Assembly (NCBI GenBank): GCA_903887975.1
Contig: CAISSD010000194.1
Coordinates: forward strand, 1-24,731
Reading direction: 5' to 3'
Source: an uncultured Legionellaceae bacterium
GTDB taxonomy: Bacteria; Pseudomonadota; Gammaproteobacteria; Legionellales; Legionellaceae
DNA length: 24,731 nucleotides
Below, piece after piece: positions 16,250 to 24,731 of the stretch. Positions within the stretch are counted from its first letter, which is position 1; each line of letters starts with the position of its first letter. The translations under genes and the position numbers were made by a program. The notes under the pieces are model-generated. The model was not told where the DNA came from and did not search any database. It saw nothing but the letters and a program-made list of their open reading frames with translations.

Positions 16250-17905
16250 TTAATGTCCTGCATTGGGGTCGATGATTTCAAACAGACGATGATTGTCAGC
16301 GTAATCAATGGCAACATCAATCAATACGGGTTTTTTTTCTTTTTTTGCCTGATTAAAGATGGTTTGAAATTCGTTGGGATCGTGAAGTTCAAAGCCAACA
16401 GCGCCAAAGGCGCGTGCGAAGTCAGGGATGTTCACACGACCCAGTTGCACGCCACTCTGACGATGGTATTTCATCATTTCTTGTTCCAAGACCATATTGT
16501 AGGTCCCATCGCGCCAAATAAAATGAATGAACTGTAAACCCTCTCGAACAGCGGTTTCTAATTCCATGGCGCTAAACAAAAATCCACCGTCACCAGAAAT
16601 AGATACCGTCGAGCGTCCAGGCCTTGCATATTGGCATGCCATGGCCCAAGGCAATGCGACCCCCAGCGTTTGTTGACCATTACTAAACAGCAATTGATGG
16701 GGTTTATAACAAAAAAAATAGCGCGCCATCCACATATAAACGCTGCCAACATCGCAGCAAATGGTGGTTTCATCATCAATGGCTTGTTGGAGTTCGTGGA
16801 TAAAACGTAGGGGATGGATGGGCGTTTGGTTTCTATTTTTGTGGGCGTCGACTTCATCAACCAATGCTTGATGTAAGCGATGGATTTTTTGATGGTCGGT
16901 GGTGTGTTGGCGTGGTTTAAGTAGTGGGGATAACGTGTTGATTGTTGCAGAAATATCGCCTAATAACTCACAAACGGGATGATACGTGTAATGAACGTCG
17001 CAGGGATGATTATGGATGTGAATGATGGTTTTTTTATTGCCAATATTCCATGTTTCAGGATCATATTCGACCGGATTATATCCGATGGTGATGACAACAT
17101 CGGCGAGATCCAGCAATTGATCGCCCGGTTGATTTTTGAATAAGCCAACACGGCCTAAAAAATGCTTGAATAACGTTTTATCAAGTACACCTGCCGCTTG
17201 AAAGGTGCTGACAACGCTAAAAGGCGCATGGTGTAATAATGCTCGTATGGCTTTGGTGTGTTCAGTGCGGCTTGCTTCTAACCCTAGAAGAATCACGGGT
17301 TGCTTGGCTTTATTGATGATGTTTGCCACTTTTTGAAGAAGCTCTAAATTTGCACTGCCGTAAATGGATGGGGGCATTAAATTGATGGGTAAACGGTTGG
17401 TTGATTCACTTAATACATCTTGCGGAAGACTGATAAAACATGCCCCATAGGGTGGTGTTGCGGCAATACGAAAAGCGTTTTCAATCAGCTCAGGAATGGT
17501 CTCGGCGAGGCGAGCTTCAATACTGTTTTTAGTGGCCGCTTGCATGAGCCTTATGTTGTTGGCACTTTGGTGTGATTGTTTGCCAATCATGGCTCGTGGA
17601 ACTTGGCCACCAAGGGCAACAATTGGATCACCTTCGGTTGTTGCGGTGATAAGTCCTGTGGTGAGGTTTGCAACACCTGGGCCAGAGGTGACCAAAACAA
17701 CACCTGGTTTTCCTGTGAGTCGGCCCCAAGCCGCCGCCATAAAAGCGGCATTTTGTTCATGTCGACAAACAATAAGTTTAATAGATGAGTCCAATAATGC
17801 ATTGAATACCGCATCAATCTTTGCCCCTGGAATACCAAAAATGTATTCAACACCTTGTGTTTCCAAGCATTTTACAAGTAATTGTGCACCATTTTGTTGA
17901 TTCAT
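16250..17905 (-). CDS. alsS: Catabolic acetolactate synthase (ThDP-dependent)
   Basis: GAQLLVKCLETQGVEYIFGIPGAKID, CRHEQNAAFMA, VTSGPGVANL, SNGQQTLGVALPWAM, SISGDGGFLFSAMELETAVR. The GAKID and GQQTLGVALPW motifs mark the AlsS/BudB clade. Confidence 0.95.
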   Translation of the reverse strand: MNQQNGAQLLVKCLETQGVEYIFGIPGAKIDAVFNALLDSSIKLIVCRHEQNAAFMAAAWGRLTGKPGVVLVTSGPGVANLTTGLITATTEGDPIVALGGQVPRAMIGKQSHQSANNIRLMQAATKNSIEARLAETIPELIENAFRIAATPPYGACFISLPQDVLSESTNRLPINLMPPSIYGSANLELLQKVANIINKAKQPVILLGLEASRTEHTKAIRALLHHAPFSVVSTFQAAGVLDKTLFKHFLGRVGLFKNQPGDQLLDLADVVITIGYNPVEYDPETWNIGNKKTIIHIHNHPCDVHYTYHPVCELLGDISATINTLSPLLKPRQHTTDHQKIHRLHQALVDEVDAHKNRNQTPIHPLRFIHELQQAIDDETTICCDVGSVYMWMARYFFCYKPHQLLFSNGQQTLGVALPWAMACQYARPGRSTVSISGDGGFLFSAMELETAVREGLQFIHFIWRDGTYNMVLEQEMMKYHRQSGVQLGRVNIPDFARAFGAVGFELHDPNEFQTIFNQAKKEKKPVLIDVAIDYADNHRLFEIIDPNAGH

Positions 17906-17931
17906 GCTGATGTCATCCAAGATGTATTTAT

Positions 17932-17964
17932 TAGTCATTATAGTCCAAATAGTCCAAATTTTGG
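17932..17964. promoter_or_regulatory. Tandem 9-bp direct repeats in the alsS / RraA-mqo divergent intergenic region (operator candidate)
   Basis: TAGTCATTA (17932) TAGTCCAAA (17941) TAGTCCAAA (17950), overlapping the palindrome CCAAA-T-TTTGG (17954-17964). Confidence 0.45.
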
Positions 17965-18024
17965 CAAATTTTTATTTTGTTGGCTATGGTTATAGATATC
18001 AGCGTCTTAAACAAGAGGTGCTTT

Positions 18025-18666
18025 ATGGATATAGGACACTTAATGATGCATGGTTTTCCAAAACTTGCTTCGGGCAATATTGCTGATGCGGGTCGTCTTG
18101 ATGTCAACATTATGGATGTTGGCATTAAGCCCCTGCATTATGGCATGAGGCTTGCAGGACCTGCTTATACCGTACAAACACCCCCAGGGTCTTTTTTTTC
18201 CATTCAGGAGTCCGTTGGCCTTGCCCCTTCTGGTTCGGTTTTGGTGGTGGATGCGGGTGGTGATATGACTTCAGGCCATCTAGGTGATTTGATGGCTTTG
18301 GCGTGCCAGGTTCGTGGTATTGTGGGGATCGTGATTGATGGCGCTGTTCGTGATGTCCCTGATATTATTGATATGGGTTTTCCAGTATTTGCACGTGGTG
18401 GTATGCCTCGGGGGAATGCTTGGCAAAAAGGAAGTCATAGTCAAATCATTCAATGTGGTGGGATTACCATTCATCCTGGTGATATGATTTTTGCTGATGG
18501 CAGTGGTGTTTTGGCTTTTCCAAAAGCCAAAGCCCAAGCCATTTATGAGCAAGCGGTCGTGATTGCCACTCGAGAATTGGGTTTTGTGCAACAAATCAAT
18601 CAAGGAAAAACACTGTTGGAAATTCCCGAATTTTTAAAATTGCATGGAGCTCATCATGGCGAATAA
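18025..18666 (+). CDS. RraA-family protein (HMG aldolase / oxaloacetate decarboxylase family)
   Basis: GNIADA, RLAGPAYTV, GSVLVVDAGG, GHLGDLMA, GIVIDGAVRDV, FPVFARG, IHPGDMIFADGSGV. GAGGTG Shine-Dalgarno before the ATG at 18025. Confidence 0.9.
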   Translation: MDIGHLMMHGFPKLASGNIADAGRLDVNIMDVGIKPLHYGMRLAGPAYTVQTPPGSFFSIQESVGLAPSGSVLVVDAGGDMTSGHLGDLMALACQVRGIVGIVIDGAVRDVPDIIDMGFPVFARGGMPRGNAWQKGSHSQIIQCGGITIHPGDMIFADGSGVLAFPKAKAQAIYEQAVVIATRELGFVQQINQGKTLLEIPEFLKLHGAHHGE

Positions 18667-20152
18667 ACCAGACACAACCCACACGGATGTGGTTTTGATT
18701 GGTGCGGGGATTATGAGCGCGACGTTGGCCGTTATGCTCAAAACGCTTGATGCGTCGTTAAACATTGAGCTTTATGAAGTCTTGGATGGTGCGGCACAAG
18801 AAAGCTCTAATGCTTGGAATAATGCTGGTACGGGTCATGCGGCATTTTGTGAGATGAATTATACAGTTGAGACGCCTCAGGGGATGGATGCTTCAAAAGC
18901 ATTGGAAGTGAATGCCGAATTTGATTTGTCACGGCAATTATGGGCTTATTTGGTTTCAAATGGGGTGATTCACGATCCACAACAATTTATTCATGCAGTG
19001 CCTCATTATGGTTTTGTCACGGGCAAAGAAAATATTGATTTTCTTAAAAAACGTTTTGAGGCATTGGTGTCGCATCATGGTTTTAAAGGCATGGTGTATA
19101 CCGAAGACAAGGAACAAATCATGCAATGGCTGCCGCTTGTGATGGAGGGTCGCGATCCAAAAGAAGCGGTTGCCATAACACGTATGAATGCTGGTACGGA
19201 TGTTGATTATGGTGCGTTAACGCGACTTTTACTTCATTCAGTGAAGGATGGTGATGGATTTTCAGCACATTTTTTAAATCGAGTGTGTGCCTTAAAGCGT
19301 GAAGGAACATTTTGGCGCGTTGGCCTACATGATGAAAAAACCGGTTTAAAACGCGATGTATTGGCACGTTTTGTATTTATTGGTGCAGGAGGCGCGGCAC
19401 TGTCTTTGTTGCAAAAATCAGGTATCCCCGAGGCTGAAGGCTATGCAGGCTTTCCTGTTGGGGGTGTTTGGTTACGAAGTGATGAGCCACAAATTTGTGC
19501 ACGACATCATGCGAAAGTATACGGTAAAGCTTCGGTGGGATCTCCCCCTATGTCGGTACCTCATTTGGATTTAAGACGTATTGAGGGGCATCAATCACTT
19601 TTGTTTGGCCCATTTGCCAGTTTTTCAACCAAGTTTCTAAAGCATGGCTCGTATCTGGATTTTTTTAGATCGGTTGATTTTCATAATATTTTTCCACTTT
19701 TGGCTGTTGGTCGTGATGATATGGATTTAACAGAGTATTTAATTGGTCAGGTATTGGAGTCCAATAAAGCACGTTTGAAAGCCCTAAAAGCTTATTATCC
19801 CTTGGCAAAACAAGAGGATTGGCGGGTTGAGATTGCCGGTCAACGGGTTCAGATCATCAAAAAAGATCCCATTCATGGTGGTGTTTTGCAGTTTGGTACG
19901 GAATTGGTAAAAAGTGCGGACGGCTCTCTTATTGCCATGCTTGGGGCGTCCCCTGGGGCCTCAACGGCTGTTTCCATCATGATTCGGGTGATTGAGCTTT
20001 GTTTTGCAGAAAAGCTCCATAAGCCTTCAGTGCTTGCCATTATGAAAAAAATGATCCCCTCTTATGGCCATTCTTTGATTGATGATGCAAAGTTATGTGA
20101 ACGCATAAGAAATGAAACGGCTGATGTGTTAAAGATCAATCCTTCCCCGTGA
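18656..20152 (+). CDS. mqo: Malate:quinone oxidoreductase
   Basis: DVVLIGAGIMSATL, ESSNAWNNAGTGHAAFCEMNYT, FIGAGGAAL, VYGKASVGSPPMSVPHLD, AGQRVQIIK, LGASPGASTAV. Confidence 0.97.
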   Translation: MANKPDTTHTDVVLIGAGIMSATLAVMLKTLDASLNIELYEVLDGAAQESSNAWNNAGTGHAAFCEMNYTVETPQGMDASKALEVNAEFDLSRQLWAYLVSNGVIHDPQQFIHAVPHYGFVTGKENIDFLKKRFEALVSHHGFKGMVYTEDKEQIMQWLPLVMEGRDPKEAVAITRMNAGTDVDYGALTRLLLHSVKDGDGFSAHFLNRVCALKREGTFWRVGLHDEKTGLKRDVLARFVFIGAGGAALSLLQKSGIPEAEGYAGFPVGGVWLRSDEPQICARHHAKVYGKASVGSPPMSVPHLDLRRIEGHQSLLFGPFASFSTKFLKHGSYLDFFRSVDFHNIFPLLAVGRDDMDLTEYLIGQVLESNKARLKALKAYYPLAKQEDWRVEIAGQRVQIIKKDPIHGGVLQFGTELVKSADGSLIAMLGASPGASTAVSIMIRVIELCFAEKLHKPSVLAIMKKMIPSYGHSLIDDAKLCERIRNETADVLKINPSP

Positions 20153-22253
20153 TTAAAAATACCTTATGGATTTTGGGATTTCTTTTGAAATCAATATCAA
20201 TGGTCTCTGGTGTGATGTCTTTAACATCATAATGATTGATGATCTCATGGTCCAATTTAAACGAACGTAGATTGGTAGAAAAATACAGCACCCCCAATGG
20301 ATTTAATCGTCGCATACAGGCATCAATTAAAGCCTGGTGATCGCGTTGGATGTCGAGCACCCCTTCCATGCGTTTGGAGTTGGAAAAACTTGGTGGATCA
20401 CAAAAAATAACATCAAAACGGTCTTTAGCGCGTTTAAGCCAATCCACACAATCCTCATGAATGAATTGATGTTTATTGATGTCAATATGATTCAATTGAA
20501 AATTTTCTTGGGCCCATTGCAGATAGGTTTTTGATAAATCCACATTGGTGGTCAGTGCGCCATTGAGTGCTGCATGGACACTGGCGGTTGCCGTATAACA
20601 AAAACAATTTAAAAGTCGTGTATGGGGGGGGAGTTTTGCCAAGCGAAAACGCATCAAGCGATGATCTAAAAATAAACCCGTATCCAAATAATCATGAACG
20701 TTGATTTTAAATTGCGCGCGCCCTTCATCAACCACAAAATATTGTTGTGTGGCGTTTAGTTTTTGATATTGATCTTTTCCTTTTTGTCGCATGCGCTCTT
20801 TAAATACCACCTGACTTGGTAATAGCCCCAGAACAAGAGGCGTGGCTTTCAAGACATCCAATCGACGTTGTTCAACCAAATGAGGCGCAATGCTATTGGG
20901 TGCATGGTATTCTTGAATGACCACCACGTCATTATAAACATCGATGGCAAAAGCATATTCAGGAAGATCGGCATCGTAAAGGCGATAGCACTGGATGTTG
21001 TTTTTTCTTGCCCATTTTTTCAGGTGATCATGATTTTTTTTCAGTCGATTGGCAAACATCGGCGCAACCATCGTGGGTTCGGGATGCGGAAGAATGGCAT
21101 GTTTTAATTTGTTGGTTTCATCAAGATTAAAGCAATAAAGCTTGCACGCCATCGCACCATTATAAAATGTGTAATTTTTGTTGGAACGAAGACCAATGGC
21201 TTTGGCAAGCACGGGATTTGTCGTTAAAATTGCGGCTTGCCAGCCTTGAAATTGGTGGCTTAATGTTGTCCCCAACGCTTGGTATAAAGGCACCAGTGGT
21301 GTCACATCCCCCAAACGCTCGCCATAAGGTGGATTGCCAATTAAAAGACCAAAAGTCGCATTGGCTTTGCAATGGCTTACAGATTGATGATGAAATCGTA
21401 CACAATCTTGGACACCAGCGCGAGCGGCATTGGCTTCGGCTTTTTGAATTAATGTTGCGTCATCGTCACAGCCCTCAAGGGGTATGGTGATGGGTTTGAT
21501 GGATGCGATGGCATCTTGTTTTAATTGAGCCCATAATGCAGGTTTATGGATGAGCCAGGATTGAAAGGATTGATCATGGCGCAACAAACCAGGCGCTCTG
21601 TGGGTTGCCATCATGGCGGCTTCAATCACAAAGGTTCCTGATCCGCAAAAGGGATCAAAAAAACCCGCGTTTTGTGTGGCCAGATTTGGCCAATGGGCAC
21701 GCATTAAAATAGCAGCTGCTAAATTTTCTTTGATGGGGGCGGTACCTGCTTCTTTTCGATAACCTCGCTCATGCATGCTAAAGCCTGTCATATCCAAGCT
21801 TAGGGTTAATGAATCGTTTTTTAAATAAGCATGCACGCGAATGTCGGCATTTTCTCGGGCGATGGAGGGCCTAAGACCATGAATGGCACGAAAATGATCG
21901 ACAATGCCATCTTTAATCAATTGTGCGCCAAATAAAGTATTTCGAATGTCAGCGCTGCTTCCATGAAATTCAATATGGATCGACTGATGTTCGCTAAAGT
22001 ACGTTGACCAAGGATATTGACGACATAATTGATAGATTTGGTCTTTATTGACGCAGGATTCTTGGCATAAAATCCATTGAATCCGATTGGCAATTCTGGA
22101 CCACAAACACAATTGATAAGCTGTTTCAAGCGAAGCTAGGCCATAGACACCTTGGGGGCTAACGTGTGTGATGGAGAGTCCTAAGGCTTGGAGTTCTTGT
22201 TCTAAAAGATACTCTAATCCTTTGGGGCAACTGGCAAAGATGGGTTGATTCAT
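20136..22253 (-). CDS. rlmL: Bifunctional 23S rRNA m2G2445/m7G2069 methyltransferase RlmKL
   Basis: CPKGLE, THUMP region, HERGYR, APIKENLAAA, DPFCGSGT, NPPYGERL, DTGLFLDHR, DPPSFSNSK; 705 aa. Confidence 0.96.
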   Translation of the reverse strand: MNQPIFASCPKGLEYLLEQELQALGLSITHVSPQGVYGLASLETAYQLCLWSRIANRIQWILCQESCVNKDQIYQLCRQYPWSTYFSEHQSIHIEFHGSSADIRNTLFGAQLIKDGIVDHFRAIHGLRPSIARENADIRVHAYLKNDSLTLSLDMTGFSMHERGYRKEAGTAPIKENLAAAILMRAHWPNLATQNAGFFDPFCGSGTFVIEAAMMATHRAPGLLRHDQSFQSWLIHKPALWAQLKQDAIASIKPITIPLEGCDDDATLIQKAEANAARAGVQDCVRFHHQSVSHCKANATFGLLIGNPPYGERLGDVTPLVPLYQALGTTLSHQFQGWQAAILTTNPVLAKAIGLRSNKNYTFYNGAMACKLYCFNLDETNKLKHAILPHPEPTMVAPMFANRLKKNHDHLKKWARKNNIQCYRLYDADLPEYAFAIDVYNDVVVIQEYHAPNSIAPHLVEQRRLDVLKATPLVLGLLPSQVVFKERMRQKGKDQYQKLNATQQYFVVDEGRAQFKINVHDYLDTGLFLDHRLMRFRLAKLPPHTRLLNCFCYTATASVHAALNGALTTNVDLSKTYLQWAQENFQLNHIDINKHQFIHEDCVDWLKRAKDRFDVIFCDPPSFSNSKRMEGVLDIQRDHQALIDACMRRLNPLGVLYFSTNLRSFKLDHEIINHYDVKDITPETIDIDFKRNPKIHKVFLITGKD

Positions 22254-22756
22254 GAAATATAAGACCTTAAATAACGAAACAGTGCCCGCCCTGCACCGGT
22301 GTTTTTATTGGCGATTTGCTCATCTTTGGCTTTTTTGATGAGTTGGCGTAATTGTTGTACATCGTTGGGCGAGTATTGTGTCACAAATTCGGTGAGCGCG
22401 GTATTCCCGTCGTTGATGAGTCGGGTTCGCCACGCTTCACACTCATGAAAATCTACGGATTGGGCTTTGTCTTTGGCATTCAATTGTTCATGAATGGCCA
22501 AAATGGCATCAACATCGGCACTGCGCATGAGTTTGCCAATCAATTGCGCTTGACGACGTATGGCACCATGACTTTTAAGACTTTGGGCTTCAATAATGGT
22601 TTGTTTTAGTTTTTCAGAAAGTGGATAAGCTTCTAAACGCGTTAAACTTAATTTGCTTAATTCAACGCCCAACGCTTGTAATGCAGCCGCTTCGCGTTTT
22701 TGTTGGGATTTACTTTTAAATTCTTCCATTATCTGATTTGGGTTTTTATGGATCAT
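22250..22756 (-). CDS. yjgA: Ribosome biogenesis factor YjgA/DarP (DUF615)
   Basis: KSKSQQKREAAALQALGVEL, AIRRQAQLIGKLMR, EAWRTRLI, DVQQLRQLI, RALFRYLR. The start may be the second Met (MEEFKSK). Confidence 0.92.
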   Translation of the reverse strand: MIHKNPNQIMEEFKSKSQQKREAAALQALGVELSKLSLTRLEAYPLSEKLKQTIIEAQSLKSHGAIRRQAQLIGKLMRSADVDAILAIHEQLNAKDKAQSVDFHECEAWRTRLINDGNTALTEFVTQYSPNDVQQLRQLIKKAKDEQIANKNTGAGRALFRYLRSYIS

Positions 22757-22829
22757 GGCTGATTATTGATCGAATTTTCTTTTGTCGCCACTGATAAATG
22801 ATGTTTTTAAGACAACAACCTGCATTTTT

Positions 22830-22843
22830 AGAGATATTTCTTG
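22830..22843. promoter_or_regulatory. LetA/GacA-class response regulator box candidate
   Basis: AGAGATATTTCTTG. The core AGATATTTCT matches 9 of 10 positions of the AGAAATTTCT core of the Legionella LetA box (TNAGAAATTTCTNA, recalled) and lies just upstream of the sRNA promoter. Confidence 0.55.
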
Positions 22844-22865
22844 TGTGGTAAAGGGCAATTGCCGG

Positions 22866-22893
22866 GTGACACACATTGTGAAAAAGTTATACT
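22866..22893 (+). promoter_or_regulatory. Promoter of the GGA-repeat sRNA
   Basis: GTGACA (22866-22871), 16-bp spacer, TATACT (22888-22893). Predicted start site near 22900. Confidence 0.6.
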
Positions 22894-22899
22894 CTATGC

Positions 22900-22984
22900 C
22901 TGTAGGATGACATGGACGGTCTGACAGGATGTCAATGCAGGAAGCGACGCACGGAAATGCGCCGCACGGAAGCGGCCCTTTTTA
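22900..22984 (+). ncRNA. rsmY: CsrA/RsmA-sequestering sRNA, RsmY-like
   Basis: Six GGA motifs in 66 nt (22905, 22914, 22927, 22940, 22953, 22968). Most sit in hairpin loops: GAC-ATGGACG-GTC, TGAC-AGGAT-GTCA, CGCA-CGGAAA-TGCG, GCCGC-ACGGAA-GCGGC, followed by CCTTTTT. Convergent with gyrB. Confidence 0.8.
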
Positions 22985-22994
22985 TGAAGCAGTT

Positions 22995-24731
<1,737 letters not shown>

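Noticed and set aside
17496-17900. 134-aa plus-strand ORF
   Set aside because: Entirely antisense to the conserved N-terminus of alsS.
2200-22630. Scattered 8/9 DnaA-box-like matches (near 2208, 15524 and 22620)
   Set aside because: Isolated, inside coding regions and not clustered; no oriC evidence in the window.

Overview
A compact, gene-dense window of about 40-45% GC by eye. It looks like a Legionellales (Legionellaceae-like) gammaproteobacterium, judged from the LegP-like astacin, the LppC/LpoA lipobox style and an RsmY-like RNA beside gyrB. Gene order: polytopic membrane protein (effector candidate) >< astacin metalloprotease, rsmI <> lpoA >< psd, small Cys-rich secreted peptide <> cold-shock protein plus a complete MoxR/DUF58/DUF4381/VWA/VWA/TPR/BatD operon, second small cationic Cys-rich peptide, divergent arylamine N-acetyltransferase-like gene, alpha/beta hydrolase >< remote acetolactate decarboxylase-like gene and alsS <> RraA-family aldolase/decarboxylase and mqo >< rlmKL, yjgA/darP <> unannotated GGA-repeat sRNA >< gyrB (5' end outside the window). 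The signals least explained by the ORF track are: (1) a CsrA/RsmA-sponge sRNA of about 85 nt with its own promoter and a LetA-type box; (2) a four-gene divergon that could form a malate->oxaloacetate->pyruvate->acetolactate->acetoin route, with a 9-bp tandem-repeat operator candidate; (3) two small secreted 4-Cys peptides, one defensin-like, bracketing the MoxR/Bat operon. I saw no tRNA, rRNA, CRISPR array or transposase. All product calls come from motif recognition by eye; no database searches were run.
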